In this document: in pieces, positions 1 to 11,628 of the stretch
Numbering within the stretch: the stretch's first letter is position 1
Layout of the letters: each line of letters starts with the position of its first letter
Assembly: GCA_017642445.1 (NCBI GenBank)
Contig: JAGCPA010000092.1
Span: forward strand, 1,655-65,654
Direction of reading: 5' to 3'
Length of the DNA stretch: 64,000 bases
Source: Spirochaetia bacterium
GTDB lineage: Bacteria; Spirochaetota; Spirochaetia; CADAEX01
Translations under genes and position numbers: made by a program
Notes under the pieces: model-generated
What the model was told of the DNA's origin: nothing
Databases searched by the model: none
What the model saw: only the letters and a program-made list of their open reading frames with translations

Positions 1-1628
1 AGCTTGTTCGCGATAAAGCTCTGGAAGGAATTTCCGATGCCAACGACGAGTCATCGGACCGCACAGGAATGCGCCTTGTAATCGGCCTTAAGCGGGATGC
101 CAGCCCGATGGTTGTGCTGAACCAGCTTTATGCAAAGACAGACCTGCAGGCCAACTTCGGTATCATCAACCTGGCGCTAGTGGATGGCCGCCCGCAAATC
201 CTTACATTAAAAGAACTTATACAGAATTTCGTAAAGCACCGCGACATTGTAGTGACCCGCCGTACCCAGTTTGAGCTCAAGAAGGCCAAGGAGCGGGCTC
301 ACGTCTTGGAAGCTCTTATCGTGGCAGTGGACAACATCGACGAGGTTGTGGCTATTATCCGCGCCAGCAGCGATGTTGCCGATGCAAAGGCAGCCCTCTG
401 CAAGCGGTTCGGCTTCGACGACATCCAGGCTCAGGCTATTGTTGATATGCAGCTCAAGCGGCTTACCCATCTGCAGATAGACGAGCTCAAGAAGGAGATG
501 GAGGAGCTTATGGCTCTTATCCGTCACCTGGAAGACCTTCTGGCACACCACGAGAAGATTCTGGAAGTGGTAAAGAACGAGACCAACGATATAGCTGCCC
601 GCTACGGCGACGACCGGAAGACAGAGATTGTACAGAGCGAGCTTGAGGGCTTCAATATCGAAGATCTTATCGAGCGGGAGGATATGGCTGTCCTTATCTC
701 CAACCAGGGCTTCATCAAGCGTGTTCCTGTATCTGCATACAAGAGCCAGAGCAGGGGAGGCAAAGGCTCCATGGTATCAAAGATCAGGGGCAGAGAAGAC
801 TTTGTGGAGCACCTCTTCATAGCCTCCACCCACGACTATATCTTCTTTGTCACCAACCGCGGCCGGGCATTCTGGCTCAAGGTGCACGAGATTCCTGAGC
901 TGGCAGGCAAGGGTTCCAGGGGTGTTCTTGTCCGGACTCTGTTCAACATCGATGCAGACGAGGAGATTGAGACAATCATCAACCTTCAGGACTTCAATGA
1001 CGAGACTTTCATCCTGTTCTGCACTGCAAAGGGTATTGCAAAGAAAGTTGCGACCAGCGCCTTCCGCAACGCCAAGACCAAAGGTATCCGGGCCATCGAG
1101 ATCCGCGAGGACGACAGGCTTGTCAGGGCAATCCTCACCACCGGCAATGATGATATCCTGGTGGTATCCAAATCTGGCAACGCACTGCGTTACAACGAAA
1201 GCGCTATCCGTGCTATGGGGCGTACGGCCATGGGTGTTATCGGCATGAGAGTGCAGGGCGACGACGAGGTTGCCGGCGTAATGCGGGCCGAAGAAGGGAA
1301 GATGATGCTTCTTATCACAACCCAGGGCTATGGAAAGAGGACAGATTACCAGCTCTTCAAGCCGCACGGCCGCAGCACCAAAGGGCAGATCGCCTATGCA
1401 ATCAACGATAAGACCGGCCAGGTTGCCGGCGTAGTATCGGTAGCCGAAGAGGATGAGCTTATGTGCATCACCTCCAAGGGCAACACCGTAAAGGTCAAGG
1501 TAAACGAGATCTCTACCCAGGGAAGGAACTCCATGGGAGTCAAGGTGGTCAATGTGGCAGAGGGCGATTACATCATCAGCCTGGCCAGCGTCTCACCGGA
1601 CGAGGAAGACGAAGGTGCCGAGGAATAA
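1..1628 (+). CDS. gyrA: DNA gyrase subunit A, 5'-truncated by the window edge
   Basis: Frame open from position 3 (LVRDKALEGISDANDESSDRTGMRLVI); GyrA-box QSRGGKG and C-terminal beta-pinwheel repeats (MGRTAMGV, QGRNSMGV). Confidence 0.95.
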   Translation, partial: LVRDKALEGISDANDESSDRTGMRLVIGLKRDASPMVVLNQLYAKTDLQANFGIINLALVDGRPQILTLKELIQNFVKHRDIVVTRRTQFELKKAKERAHVLEALIVAVDNIDEVVAIIRASSDVADAKAALCKRFGFDDIQAQAIVDMQLKRLTHLQIDELKKEMEELMALIRHLEDLLAHHEKILEVVKNETNDIAARYGDDRKTEIVQSELEGFNIEDLIEREDMAVLISNQGFIKRVPVSAYKSQSRGGKGSMVSKIRGREDFVEHLFIASTHDYIFFVTNRGRAFWLKVHEIPELAGKGSRGVLVRTLFNIDADEEIETIINLQDFNDETFILFCTAKGIAKKVATSAFRNAKTKGIRAIEIREDDRLVRAILTTGNDDILVVSKSGNALRYNESAIRAMGRTAMGVIGMRVQGDDEVAGVMRAEEGKMMLLITTQGYGKRTDYQLFKPHGRSTKGQIAYAINDKTGQVAGVVSVAEEDELMCITSKGNTVKVKVNEISTQGRNSMGVKVVNVAEGDYIISLASVSPDEEDEGAEE

Positions 1629-1646
1629 TCCCCGGGCCAAGGCAAT

Positions 1647-1677
1647 AAAAAAAGGGCGTCACAACGACGCCCTTTTT
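1647..1677. terminator. Bidirectional intrinsic terminator between gyrA and the convergent nifU-like gene
   Basis: AAAAAGGGCGTC-ACAAC-GACGCCCTTTTT hairpin with A and T tracts. Confidence 0.9.
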
Positions 1678-1692
1678 GTTTCACGTGAAACA
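1677..1692. promoter_or_regulatory. parS: parS centromere site (perfect consensus)
   Basis: TGTTTCACGTGAAACA perfect palindrome about 300 bp upstream of parA. Confidence 0.95.
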
Positions 1693-1697
1693 GATGG

Positions 1698-1922
1698 TCA
1701 GGCCTCTTCAACCACCAGCTTGTCAGAGATAGTTTTTCTCATGTAAGACTCAACTCCGTTCTTCAGAGTAAGTTTTGCCATAGGGCAGCCGTTGCAGGCA
1801 CCCTTAAGCTTAACAAGCACCAGGTTCTCTGCCTCTTTGAAATCAACAAACTCAATATCGCCACCATCTGCCTGGAGGCTAGGGCGGATATTATCTATTG
1901 CCATTTTAATCTGTTCAATCAT
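1698..1922 (-). CDS. NifU-C/NfuA-like Fe-S cluster carrier
   Basis: IRPSLQADGGD and GACNGCP (CxxC) motifs; SD AGGAG upstream. Confidence 0.9.
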   Translation of the reverse strand: MIEQIKMAIDNIRPSLQADGGDIEFVDFKEAENLVLVKLKGACNGCPMAKLTLKNGVESYMRKTISDKLVVEEA

Positions 1923-1950
1923 CTTTGACTCCTTCTACCTATAAATATAC

Positions 1951-1978
1951 TTGAAGAAAAAAAATAATCAAGTATAAT
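1951..1978 (+). promoter_or_regulatory. Putative sigma70 promoter of parAB, probably leaderless transcript
   Basis: TTGAAG-16 nt-TATAAT, 7 nt before the parA ATG, no clear SD. Confidence 0.6.
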
Positions 1979-1985
1979 ATGAGCG

Positions 1986-2744
1986 ATGGGAAAAATAATT
2001 GTATTTTCTAACCAGAAGGGTGGAGTAGGAAAAACCACCACCGCAGTAAACCTTGGGGCATATATCGCCGACATGGGGAAAAAAGTGCTCCTTATCGACT
2101 TCGACCCCCAGGGAAACCTCTCGACTTTCGCAGGGCTGGACAAGGATGCTCCCGGCATCTACGAGGCAATTGCAGGCATTAAAGATATCAAGGATGTGAT
2201 CCAGAAGACCCCGGTTGAGAATCTCTATGGAATAGGATCGAATGTGAACCTCTCGGGAGCAGCCATCGAGCTGGCTACAGTTGACCACAGGGAAGAATAT
2301 CTCAAGACAGTCCTGGAGGAGATAAAAGAGGAATGGGATTATATCTTTATTGACAGCCCGCCGTCATTAGGACTTCTCTCCCTCAACTGTCTGGTGGCCT
2401 CTGACTTCATCATCATACCGATGCAGTGCGAATATTTTGCAATGGAGGGCTTAAGCCTTCTTATCCAGACTATCAGCTCTGTGCAGCACAGCCTGAACCC
2501 GAACCTCCGCATCGGCGGCATACTCTTTACAATGTACGATTCACGCATAAAGCTGGCCAACGAGGTGGTGCGCAATGTCACCTCCTACTTTGGCGACAAG
2601 GTGTTCCGGACAGTGATTCCCCGGAACGTGGCCCTCTCCGAGGCTCCCTCCCATTCAGTCCCTATAAATATTTATCGGGAAAACTGCCAGGGTGCATTCG
2701 GATATAAAAAATTAGCAGAAGAGGTGATTAACCGTGTCAAATGA
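1986..2744 (+). CDS. parA: Chromosome partitioning ATPase ParA/Soj
   Basis: Deviant Walker A NQKGGVGKTT, DFDPQGN, DSPPSLG, IPRNVALSEAPS. Confidence 0.96.
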   Translation: MGKIIVFSNQKGGVGKTTTAVNLGAYIADMGKKVLLIDFDPQGNLSTFAGLDKDAPGIYEAIAGIKDIKDVIQKTPVENLYGIGSNVNLSGAAIELATVDHREEYLKTVLEEIKEEWDYIFIDSPPSLGLLSLNCLVASDFIIIPMQCEYFAMEGLSLLIQTISSVQHSLNPNLRIGGILFTMYDSRIKLANEVVRNVTSYFGDKVFRTVIPRNVALSEAPSHSVPINIYRENCQGAFGYKKLAEEVINRVK

Positions 2745-3594
2745 GAAATTAACCCGGCTGGGCAGGGGATACGATGCCCTTATTCCAAACGCAGGAACAA
2801 TCAAGAACCAGGAGACCAACTTCATCGATATACAGCTGATTATCACGAATCCAGATCAGCCTAGAAAGGATTTTGACCCGACCGCGCTCCAGGAGCTGGC
2901 CAACTCTATTAAAGAGAAGGGAATCCTTCAGCCTATCCTGGTTGAGAAAATTGCAGAAAAGTATCAGATTATAGCGGGTGAGCGGCGTTACAGGGCAGCT
3001 CTTCTGGCACATCTTACTAAAGTGCCTATCATCACTGGCCATTTCTCTAAACAGGAGAAGCTGGAGATTGCTCTTATAGAGAATATCCAGCGGAAAGACC
3101 TGACTCCGATAGAGGAGGCGCTGGCCTATGAAGCTCTTATGAAGAACAGCAATCTGAATCAGGATGAGCTGGCTAAAAAAGTGGGTAAAAACCGCTCCAC
3201 AATAGCAAATGCCCTCCGCCTCCTCAAGCTTAATGATGAGATGAAGGATGCTGTTTCACGTGGAACACTCACCGCAGGACACGCCCGGGCCATCCTTTCT
3301 GTGGACTCTAAAGAGAATCAGCAGAAGCTTTTTGAGGCGATAGAGAAGAAGGGTCTTTCGGTCCGCGAGGCAGAGGCTATGGCTGCAAAACTGAACCAGG
3401 AAGATGCGAATGCAGTCAATCCAAAGCTCTATAACAGCAAAAAAGATCCTGAAATGGCTGCCACAGAGCAGAAATTTGCAGAAAAACTTGGAACAAAGGT
3501 TACCCTTAAGGGTACAATGAAGAAAGGAAAGCTGGAAATCTCATATAAAACCAAAGAAGAACTCCTGCACCTGTACGCAATGCTTGGAAGATGA
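2734..3594 (+). CDS. parB: Chromosome partitioning CTPase ParB/Spo0J
   Basis: NPDQPRK, GERRYRA arginine patch, [22 protein letters not shown]; overlaps parA stop. Confidence 0.96.
   Translation: MSNEKLTRLGRGYDALIPNAGTIKNQETNFIDIQLIITNPDQPRKDFDPTALQELANSIKEKGILQPILVEKIAEKYQIIAGERRYRAALLAHLTKVPIITGHFSKQEKLEIALIENIQRKDLTPIEEALAYEALMKNSNLNQDELAKKVGKNRSTIANALRLLKLNDEMKDAVSRGTLTAGHARAILSVDSKENQQKLFEAIEKKGLSVREAEAMAAKLNQEDANAVNPKLYNSKKDPEMAATEQKFAEKLGTKVTLKGTMKKGKLEISYKTKEELLHLYAMLGR
3252..3267. promoter_or_regulatory. parS: parS site inside parB
   Basis: TGTTTCACGTGGAACA, one mismatch to consensus; encodes VSRGT. Confidence 0.88.
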
Positions 3595-3604
3595 GGTAAA
3601 TAAA

Positions 3605-5281
3605 GTGGAAGAGGAAAAAAACGAGGTAGTCTTAAAGAATTTCATACAGAAAATAATAGAAGAGGACATAAAAAACGGCAAGAACGGAGGAGCTGTAATC
3701 ACCAGATTCCCTCCGGAGCCTAACGGCTATCTTCATATAGGGCATGCCAAGTCTATCTGCCTTAACTTCGGGCTGGCCAAGCAATATGGCGGGCGGACAA
3801 ACCTCCGTTTCGACGACACCAACCCGGCCAAGGAGGAGAACGAGTATATCGACTCTATCCAGGCCGATGTAAAGTGGCTGGGCTTCGACTGGGGCGGCAA
3901 GCCTTGCTATGCCTCCGACTATTTCGAAAAGATGTACCAGCTGGCAGTACAGCTTATCAAAGCTGGAAAAGCCTATGTGGACGACCTTTCGGCCGATGAG
4001 ATCCGGGAGTACCGGGGCACCCTCACCGAGCCGGGAAAAGAGAGCCCGTACCGCAACCGCACAGTTGAGGAGAACCTTGACCTCTTTGAGCGGATGAAGA
4101 ATGGCGAGTTCCCCGACGGCTCCAAGACACTCCGGGCTAAAATAGACATGGCATCAGGAAACCTGAACCTGCGGGATCCCGTGATGTATAGAATTGTAAG
4201 GGTAGAACACCCAAGACAGGGGAACAAATGGTGTATCTACCCCATGTACGACTGGGCCCACGGCCTTGAGGACTCCATAGAGGGAATAACTCATTCCATC
4301 TGCACCCTGGAGTTCGAGAGCCACAGACCTCTTTACGACTGGTTCCTGGACCAGCTGCCGGAGATGCACCATCCACAGCAGATCGAGTTTGCCCGCCTTA
4401 ACCTTAACTACACAGTAATGAGCAAGCGGAAGCTTCTCCGGCTGGTTAAGGAAGGCTATGTGAAAGGGTGGGACGACCCCCGTATGCCTACAGTATCAGG
4501 CCTTAGGAGAAGAGGCTATTCCCCTGAGTCTATCCGGGAATTTGCAGCCCGCATCGGTGTGGCTAAGATGGACAGCATCGTGGATATTGCAATGCTGGAA
4601 TTCTGTCTCCGGGAAGACCTGAACAAGCGGGCCCTCCGCCGGATGGTGGTTCTGGATCCCCTCAAGGTGATAATCGACAACTACCCCGAAGGGCAGGTTG
4701 AATGGTTCGATGGCGAGAACAACCCGGAGGAAGAGAATTCCGGAACCAGAAAAATTCCGTTCACCAAAGAGCTCTACATAGAGCGTGAAGACTTTATGAT
4801 CGACCCGCCGAAGAAATATTTCCGCCTCTCACCAGGCAAGGAGATAAGGCTTAAGCACGCCTACTATATCACTTGCAATAGCTACAAAACTGACGAGAAC
4901 GGCAAGGTTACAGAGGTGCACTGCACCTACGACCCTGCAAGCAAGGGGGGCTGGACTGAGGACGGCCGCAAGGTCAAGGGAACTTCCCACTGGGTAAGCG
5001 CACAGGAGAACATAAAGGTGGATGTGCGGCTCTACGACAGGCTCTTTACAAAGGAGAACCCGGACGAGGACGGCGACTTCATCAGCTGCATCAACCCCGA
5101 TTCCTGCAAGGTTCTGGAGGGGTGCCTGGCCGAAGTTTCCCTTAAAGAGGCAAAACCAGGAGAGTACTACCAGTTCCTGCGGCAGGGCTACTTCTCTCCA
5201 GATCCGGATTCCACAGAAGAGAAGCTTGTGTTCAACCGCAGCGTCTCACTCAAGGACAGCTGGACGCCTCCGCGCTCATGA
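3605..5281 (+). CDS. glnS: Glutamine--tRNA ligase
   Basis: [28 protein letters not shown]; GTG start after SD GAGGT (alternative TTG at 3584). Confidence 0.96.
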   Translation: MEEEKNEVVLKNFIQKIIEEDIKNGKNGGAVITRFPPEPNGYLHIGHAKSICLNFGLAKQYGGRTNLRFDDTNPAKEENEYIDSIQADVKWLGFDWGGKPCYASDYFEKMYQLAVQLIKAGKAYVDDLSADEIREYRGTLTEPGKESPYRNRTVEENLDLFERMKNGEFPDGSKTLRAKIDMASGNLNLRDPVMYRIVRVEHPRQGNKWCIYPMYDWAHGLEDSIEGITHSICTLEFESHRPLYDWFLDQLPEMHHPQQIEFARLNLNYTVMSKRKLLRLVKEGYVKGWDDPRMPTVSGLRRRGYSPESIREFAARIGVAKMDSIVDIAMLEFCLREDLNKRALRRMVVLDPLKVIIDNYPEGQVEWFDGENNPEEENSGTRKIPFTKELYIEREDFMIDPPKKYFRLSPGKEIRLKHAYYITCNSYKTDENGKVTEVHCTYDPASKGGWTEDGRKVKGTSHWVSAQENIKVDVRLYDRLFTKENPDEDGDFISCINPDSCKVLEGCLAEVSLKEAKPGEYYQFLRQGYFSPDPDSTEEKLVFNRSVSLKDSWTPPRS

Positions 5282-6153
5282 GCCTGACGATTTTTCTTCT
5301 TGCGATTTTTTCCGGAGCACTGAACTCAACCTGGAACTTCTTCATCAAGAAGAATGCCTCAGATTATTCAGTCATGATAACCGGTGTTTGTGTGGCAAAC
5401 CTCACGGTGCTGCCTATAACTATCCTTATCATCGGCTTACATGGATTTGACTACCATGCTATTCCGTTCCTGATTGCAACAGGGGCAATAGAGGCGGTCG
5501 ATTTCTATATGCTGACAATAATTTACAAGGTGTCGGACATCTCTATGGCATACCCTGTTTCACGTGGAACAGGTGTCATGCTTACCGCTCTTTTCAGCGC
5601 TCTTATCCTCAAGGAGCATATTTCGGGAATAGCAATCATCGGAATAATCACAGTCCTTTTCGGAGTCTTTTTCTTCGCTTTGAACAAGGGAACCAACCCA
5701 AAAATGATCTGGGAAAGCCTCAAGGCCCAGAAGCTTGCTCTAATCAAAGGGTTCACAATAGTTGCATACACACTGGTGGACAGGGTGGGGGCCAAGTATG
5801 CCAACCCTCTGGTCTACTTCAATTTCAAGGAAGTGGTCGCCATGTCCCTTCTGATTCCATTCCTGGCCCACGGGGGAACCCTTACCTTCAGGCACATGAA
5901 GGAGACTTTCAAGAATCATGGTAAGGCAGCTCTTGCCATCGGATACGGAATTATCTGCTCCTATGTCCTTATCCTTATAATCTACAACGTGTTTGCCGAA
6001 GCCAAGGCAAGCTATGTCACTGTAATCCGGGAAAGCGCAGTAGTTTTCGGCGCCCTTCTGGGCTTCATCTTCCTGCGGGAGAAGGCTACCCCAAACAAGA
6101 TTGCAGGTATTCTGACCATAGTATTGGGTGTAATCCTGATCAAGGTGGGCTGA
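5278..6153 (+). CDS. EamA/DMT-family transporter (paralog 1)
   Basis: 291 aa, about 10 hydrophobic helices, YPxxRG and RE-x-x-VV motifs. Confidence 0.85.
   Translation: MSLTIFLLAIFSGALNSTWNFFIKKNASDYSVMITGVCVANLTVLPITILIIGLHGFDYHAIPFLIATGAIEAVDFYMLTIIYKVSDISMAYPVSRGTGVMLTALFSALILKEHISGIAIIGIITVLFGVFFFALNKGTNPKMIWESLKAQKLALIKGFTIVAYTLVDRVGAKYANPLVYFNFKEVVAMSLLIPFLAHGGTLTFRHMKETFKNHGKAALAIGYGIICSYVLILIIYNVFAEAKASYVTVIRESAVVFGALLGFIFLREKATPNKIAGILTIVLGVILIKVG
5556..5571. promoter_or_regulatory. parS: parS site inside EamA paralog 1
   Basis: TGTTTCACGTGGAACA, identical to the parB-internal site. Confidence 0.85.
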
Positions 6154-6156
6154 TAG

Positions 6157-7032
6157 GTGAACCTGACCATATTCCTCCTGGCCTTAGGCTCCGGCACCCT
6201 CCATGCGGTCTGGAACTTCTTCAGCAAAAAGAAGGCCGACAACATGGCTATAATGCTCCTGGGGGTCTGGTTTGCCAACATCACTCTGTTGCCGTTCTCC
6301 CTCTATATCATAGCCAAAAGCGGCTTTTCCCTGGGAATCTTCGCATTCGCAATAATCTCGGCACTTTCAGACATAGCCTACTATTTCTGCGTAATGTATT
6401 CCTACAGGGAGGGGGAGCTCTCCCTTATGTACCCGGCAGCCCGGGGTACAGGCGTGGTTCTGGTGGCTATATTCAGCATGATCATATTCCACGACCAGAT
6501 ATCAGCCTGGGCTGTAGCGGGGATAATGATGGTAGTTGTTGGAATCTTCAGCTTTGCACTTAAGGATGGCCTTAACCGGAAAGTGCTTGCCGGCAGCATA
6601 AAATCGATGAAATATGCACTTCTGCTGGGGTGCACGGTGGTGATCTACACCCTCATAGACAGGGCGGGGGTGCAGCAGTACAACCCTATTCTCTACCTGA
6701 ACCTGACAGGAGTTCTCTCGGCCACAATCTTTACACCGTTCATCGTTAAGGGAGAGCTGGGAACTGCAAAAGGGGTTAGAAATTTCATACGTCAGGAAGG
6801 GAAGTATGCCGCAATAATCGGGTACGGAATCACAGTCTCCTACCTGATAATCCTCTTCATCTACGCCACATTTGCCGAGGCCAAGAGCAGCTATATAACC
6901 CCAATCCGGGAATTCTCGGTGGTGATCGGCTCTATCCTGGGTTTTGTCTTCCTCAAGGAAAAAATCACAACAAATAAGATAATCGGGATAGTGACAATTC
7001 TCCTCGGTGTGATTATGATAAAGATAGGGTAG
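6157..7032 (+). CDS. EamA/DMT-family transporter (paralog 2)
   Basis: 291 aa, clearly similar to the preceding gene at both termini. Confidence 0.85.
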   Translation: MNLTIFLLALGSGTLHAVWNFFSKKKADNMAIMLLGVWFANITLLPFSLYIIAKSGFSLGIFAFAIISALSDIAYYFCVMYSYREGELSLMYPAARGTGVVLVAIFSMIIFHDQISAWAVAGIMMVVVGIFSFALKDGLNRKVLAGSIKSMKYALLLGCTVVIYTLIDRAGVQQYNPILYLNLTGVLSATIFTPFIVKGELGTAKGVRNFIRQEGKYAAIIGYGITVSYLIILFIYATFAEAKSSYITPIREFSVVIGSILGFVFLKEKITTNKIIGIVTILLGVIMIKIG

Positions 7033-7036
7033 CAGT

Positions 7037-7888
7037 ATGCCGTTGCAGTGGTTTCCCGGTCACATGACCAAGGCCGTAAGGCAGATAAAAGAGAATCTCA
7101 GCCGTGCAGACATCGTGATTGAGGTGCTGGATGCCCGCATACCTATGTCCAGCCGGAACCCTATGATAGACGATATCGTTGGAAAGATGCCCCGTCTTAT
7201 AGTGCTCAATAAAGCAGATCTGGCCGATCCGAACCTCTTGGGCCAGTGGGAAAAAGCGCTTAAAAAGGGCGTCGAATCCATCGAAGTGGTGCAGATATCG
7301 GCCAAGACCGGTAAAAACCTGCCCCAGCTTATAGAAAAAGCCAAATATCTATGCCGCAACGCCAGCTGGGCAGGGCGCCGGGCGGTCCGCGCCATGGTGC
7401 TGGGCGTGCCCAATGTAGGCAAATCTGCAATCATAAACTACCTGTCGGGCAGGAAAAGCCGCAATGTGGAGAACCGCCCCGGTGTGACCCGCGATGTATC
7501 ACAGAGCATAAAAATATCGGCATCGCTCAAGGTGATCGACACCCCGGGCATCCTATGGCACAAGTTCGAAGACCAGGCTGTAGGTGAAAAACTGGCTATC
7601 CTGGGAAGCATCAACGACGAAATACTGTTCCGTGAGGACATTGCAATCAAAGGGTTGGAGTACTTTTATCAGAATTACCTTAAAAAGCTCCAGGAGCGCT
7701 TTAATTTGGCCCCAGAAGAGATTTCCTGCAGCGACATGTTTGCCCTGTTGGAAACAATAGGGCGCAAACGGGGCTGCTTAGTGCCTGGTGGAAAAGTAGA
7801 TACAGAAAGGGTTGCCAGAGTAGTGTTGACCGAGATACGGGACGGCAGGATATGCCGCTTCTGCCTGGAAAAGCCGTCAGCTCTTTGA
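7037..7888 (+). CDS. rbgA: Ribosome biogenesis GTPase RbgA/YlqF
   Basis: N-terminal QWFPGHM; circularly permuted G motifs NKAD, GVPNVGKS, DTPG. Confidence 0.95.
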   Translation: MPLQWFPGHMTKAVRQIKENLSRADIVIEVLDARIPMSSRNPMIDDIVGKMPRLIVLNKADLADPNLLGQWEKALKKGVESIEVVQISAKTGKNLPQLIEKAKYLCRNASWAGRRAVRAMVLGVPNVGKSAIINYLSGRKSRNVENRPGVTRDVSQSIKISASLKVIDTPGILWHKFEDQAVGEKLAILGSINDEILFREDIAIKGLEYFYQNYLKKLQERFNLAPEEISCSDMFALLETIGRKRGCLVPGGKVDTERVARVVLTEIRDGRICRFCLEKPSAL

Positions 7889-8968
7889 AGTCCCGCGCTT
7901 CTTGAAAGCCCTGTACTTCTTGTGCAGCAGTACAAACAGAAGACCAAAGAAAACCCACACCGCAAAGAAGAAAAGGATAGCCACGGTCCCTTTCATAAGC
8001 CAGTACATAAGAGCACAACTTCCGGCAATAACAGAGAAGGAGTAGACTACAGCCAGCACCTGGTTAGGGGTAAGGCCAAAGTCCTGGAGCTTATGGTGCA
8101 GATGTTCCCGGTCGGGGGAGAATATAGGGCGTCCACGGCGCTTACGGCGCAGAATAGCACCCGCCATATCCAGAATAGGAATAATGAAAATCAACAATGC
8201 AGGGAACAGCACATCGGTGCTAACGGGAGGGGCGTTGTGGATCAGTGGGATCACGGCCATGGAGAAGCCCAAAAGCAGGCTGCCCGAGTCTCCCATATAA
8301 ATCTTGGCAGGGGGGTAGTTGAACACCAGGAAAGCCACAATTGAGCCCAGGATACAGGCCGACACAGCCACTGCAGTAAAGTTGCCGGCTAGGGCAAAGA
8401 TAATTATGTAGAACACAGCGCCTATAGAAGCAATACCGCCGGCAAGACCATCCATGCCATCCATCAGGTTTATGGCGTTGCAGAAGCTTATTATCCACAG
8501 AATAGTCAGGGCGTGGGACCAGAATGCGTTCAGAGGGATTGCCACAGGAGTCCAGGCGATGGAAAAAATAGTGAACTTGAAGCCGCCCATGGTTATGCAC
8601 AGTGCAGCGATAATCTGAATAACAAATTTAACCCCTGCCTTAAGGTTGTAAAAATCGTCTGCAAGACCCATCAGCACAATGATCAGATAGCCTATGCTCA
8701 TAAGAAGGTGGGAGTACTTGGACAGATAGTTCAGCTCCTTGATATCCAGCACATGACAGCCAACAACATATACAAAGGCGGCAAGCGAGAAGCCTATGAA
8801 AATTCCAACACCGCCAATCCGCGGCATTTTATCGGGGTGGATCTTCCTCTCATCGATAAAATCGTACCATTTGTGTTTATGAGAAAGCCGTATCAGAAGC
8901 GGAGTTGCGACACCGTTTATGAGGAAGGCGAGGATAAGGACAACTGTGAATACCAACAATTGAAGCAT
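7877..8968 (-). CDS. WecA/TagO-like (MraY family) undecaprenyl-phosphate sugar-1-phosphate transferase
   Basis: RKIH, PRIGG, GLADD, NAINLMDGMDGL, YMGDSGS, DREHLHH. Confidence 0.9.
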   Translation of the reverse strand: MLQLLVFTVVLILAFLINGVATPLLIRLSHKHKWYDFIDERKIHPDKMPRIGGVGIFIGFSLAAFVYVVGCHVLDIKELNYLSKYSHLLMSIGYLIIVLMGLADDFYNLKAGVKFVIQIIAALCITMGGFKFTIFSIAWTPVAIPLNAFWSHALTILWIISFCNAINLMDGMDGLAGGIASIGAVFYIIIFALAGNFTAVAVSACILGSIVAFLVFNYPPAKIYMGDSGSLLLGFSMAVIPLIHNAPPVSTDVLFPALLIFIIPILDMAGAILRRKRRGRPIFSPDREHLHHKLQDFGLTPNQVLAVVYSFSVIAGSCALMYWLMKGTVAILFFFAVWVFFGLLFVLLHKKYRAFKKRGTSKS

Positions 8969-9030
8969 AATTAATAATAACACTTTTACTTTTTAAAATA
9001 AAGTGCTATTTTATAAGCGGAGAAAAGCGT

Positions 9031-10455
9031 ATGGATTATTTTGTAAAAGACATCAACCTGTGCGACTGGGGCAGAAAAGAGATCTCTATCTCCGAGTATG
9101 AGATGCCAGGCCTTATGGCAGCTCGGGAAAAGTTTGGAAAGAAAAAACCTCTCAAGGGTGTGCGGATCACAGGATCCCTGCACATGACTATCCAGACTGC
9201 AGTTCTTATCGAGACCCTCACTGCTCTTGGGGCCGAAGTCCGGTGGGCAAGCTGCAATATTTTCTCCACCCAGGATCATGCTGCCGCAGCTATTGCAGTA
9301 GGCAAAGGAACAGCAAAAAAGCCGGCAGGCGTATCTGTCTTTGCATACAAGGGGGAGACCCTGGAAGAGTACTGGGAATACCTGTACAACGCATTCTCCT
9401 TCCCCGGTGGAAAGGGGCCACAGCTTATAGTTGATGATGGTGGCGATGCCACTCTTATGGCCCATCTGGGATACGATATAGAGAACGATCCGTCCCTCCT
9501 TAGGAAAAAGCCGGAGAGCGAGGACGAGAAGTATCTGCTCAAGACCCTTGCAAAAGTCTACAAGAAAGATAAAAACCATTGGCATAAAATCGTAGCTGAC
9601 ATAAAGGGAGTTTCTGAAGAGACCACCACTGGTGTCCACCGGCTCTACAAGATGGCAGAACAGGGCAAGCTTCTTTTCCCAGCCATCAACGTGAACGATT
9701 CTGTCACCAAGAGCAAGTTCGACACCCTCCATGGCTGCCGTGAGTCCCTTCTGGACGGTATCAAGCGGGGTACCGATGTTATGGTTGCCGGCAAGGTTGC
9801 TGTAGTGTGCGGCTATGGTGATGTAGGCAAGGGTGTTGCCCAGTCTCTCCGAGGCATGGGCGCCAGAGTAATTGTAACCGAGGCAGACCCTATCTGCGCT
9901 CTCCAGGCTGCAATGGAGGGGTATGAGGTCAAGACAGTGGAAGATACATTGGGCTGGGCCGACATCTATGTGACTGCCACAGGCAATATTGACATCATCA
10001 CTGTAAAACATATGAAGAAGATGAAAGATCAGGCTATTGTATGCAACATCGGCCACTTCGACATGGAGATTCAGGTGAACCAGCTTAAGGCTGTTCCCGG
10101 CATAAAAGAGGTGAACATAAAGCCCCAGTACGATATGTACACATTCCCAGATGGCCACACAATCTATATTCTGGCACAGGGAAGACTGGTCAATCTTGGC
10201 TGTGCTACAGGCCATCCATCCTTTGTAATGTCCAACTCCTTCACTAACCAGGTGCTGGCACAGATAGAGCTGTGGGAAAAGCAGAAAGAGCTCAAACCCC
10301 AGGTTTATGTTATTCCAAAGAAACTGGACGAGGAAGTTGCAAGGCTCCACCTGGGCAAAATCGGCGTCAAGCTGACCAAGCTTTCCAAGGCTCAGGCAGA
10401 TTATATCGGAGTTCCTGTAGAGGGACCGTTCAAACCAGATTATTACAGATACTAA
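9031..10455 (+). CDS. ahcY: S-adenosylhomocysteine hydrolase
   Basis: [40 protein letters not shown]. Confidence 0.97.
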   Translation: MDYFVKDINLCDWGRKEISISEYEMPGLMAAREKFGKKKPLKGVRITGSLHMTIQTAVLIETLTALGAEVRWASCNIFSTQDHAAAAIAVGKGTAKKPAGVSVFAYKGETLEEYWEYLYNAFSFPGGKGPQLIVDDGGDATLMAHLGYDIENDPSLLRKKPESEDEKYLLKTLAKVYKKDKNHWHKIVADIKGVSEETTTGVHRLYKMAEQGKLLFPAINVNDSVTKSKFDTLHGCRESLLDGIKRGTDVMVAGKVAVVCGYGDVGKGVAQSLRGMGARVIVTEADPICALQAAMEGYEVKTVEDTLGWADIYVTATGNIDIITVKHMKKMKDQAIVCNIGHFDMEIQVNQLKAVPGIKEVNIKPQYDMYTFPDGHTIYILAQGRLVNLGCATGHPSFVMSNSFTNQVLAQIELWEKQKELKPQVYVIPKKLDEEVARLHLGKIGVKLTKLSKAQADYIGVPVEGPFKPDYYRY

Positions 10456-10467
10456 AAGGCAAATGCT

Positions 10468-11622
10468 ATGAAAAAATATCTTTTTACTTCAGAATCAGTG
10501 GGCGAGGGACATCCAGATAAGCTCTGCGACCAGATTTCAGACGGAATCCTGGATGCATGCCTTAAGGACGACCCTGAATCCAGAGTTGCCTGCGAATGCT
10601 TCTCCACCACCGGCATGGTGCTGGTAGGGGGCGAGATCACCACAAGCACTTATGTAGATGTACAGCATGTGGCCCGGGAAATAGCAAGAGGGATCGGCTA
10701 CACCAAGGCAGAATATGGCCTTGACTGCGATTCCATGGCAGTGCTCAATGTAATTCACAACCAGTCCCCCGATATCTCCCAGGGGGTGTCAGGAACAGGA
10801 CTTTATAAAGGAGAACAGGGTGCCGGCGATCAGGGCCTTATGTTCGGCTTTGCCTGCAACGAGACAGCCTCCCTCATGCCTGCACCAATCATGCTGGCTC
10901 ACAAGATTCTGCTCAAGGCAACAGAGCTTAGGAAAAGCGGTGCCATCAAATGGCTCCGGCCCGACGCAAAGAGCCAGGTTACCATCGAATACGAAGGCTA
11001 CACACCTAAACGCATCGACACAGTAGTTGTATCTCATCAGCATGACGACAACATCTCCTACGACCAGATAAAGAACACAATTATCTCAGAAATTATCAAT
11101 CCTGTTCTGGCAGAAGAAAAGTTTGACCAGAAGAACATCAAATATTTCATCAACCCCACAGGCCGTTTCGTAATCGGGGGACCACATGGAGACACAGGTC
11201 TCACCGGGCGCAAAATTATCGTAGATACCTATGGTGGAATGGGTCGCCACGGCGGCGGCGCTTTCTCCGGCAAGGACCCAAGCAAGGTGGACCGTTCTGC
11301 AGCTTACATGGCCCGCTATATTGCAAAGAATATCGTAGCTTCCGGCGCATGCACACGGTGCGAGGTTCAGCTGGCTTATGCTATCGGAGTGCCTTTCCCG
11401 GTATCTGTAATGGTCAACACCTTCGGTACAGCTCAGGTAGAGGAAAAGAAGATAGAAAAGGCAGTAAAAGAGCTGTTCGATTTAACCCCTGCAGGCATTG
11501 TAAAGACACTGGATCTTAAGAAGCCTATTTACCAGAAGACAGCATCATATGGCCACTTCGGACGGGATATCTTCTCCTGGGAGAAAACTGACAAAGCAGA
11601 AGCAATTAAAAAAGAGCTGTAA
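10468..11622 (+). CDS. metK: Methionine adenosyltransferase
   Basis: [28 protein letters not shown]. Confidence 0.97.
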   Translation: MKKYLFTSESVGEGHPDKLCDQISDGILDACLKDDPESRVACECFSTTGMVLVGGEITTSTYVDVQHVAREIARGIGYTKAEYGLDCDSMAVLNVIHNQSPDISQGVSGTGLYKGEQGAGDQGLMFGFACNETASLMPAPIMLAHKILLKATELRKSGAIKWLRPDAKSQVTIEYEGYTPKRIDTVVVSHQHDDNISYDQIKNTIISEIINPVLAEEKFDQKNIKYFINPTGRFVIGGPHGDTGLTGRKIIVDTYGGMGRHGGGAFSGKDPSKVDRSAAYMARYIAKNIVASGACTRCEVQLAYAIGVPFPVSVMVNTFGTAQVEEKKIEKAVKELFDLTPAGIVKTLDLKKPIYQKTASYGHFGRDIFSWEKTDKAEAIKKEL

Positions 11623-11628
11623 TACCGC

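Noticed and set aside
207-1367. Several 60-200 aa ORFs overlapping gyrA, and similar ones over other genes
   Set aside because: Alternative-frame or antisense shadows of well-supported genes
8491-8499. Perfect DnaA box TTATCCACA (another at 46570-46578)
   Set aside because: Isolated, intragenic and unclustered; not an oriC
8969-9030. SAH/SAM riboswitch upstream of ahcY-metK
   Set aside because: Only 62 bp of AT-rich divergent promoter DNA; no room or structure for one
8986-10350. 454-aa minus-strand ORF
   Set aside because: Antisense shadow of the highly conserved ahcY, with no recognisable motifs
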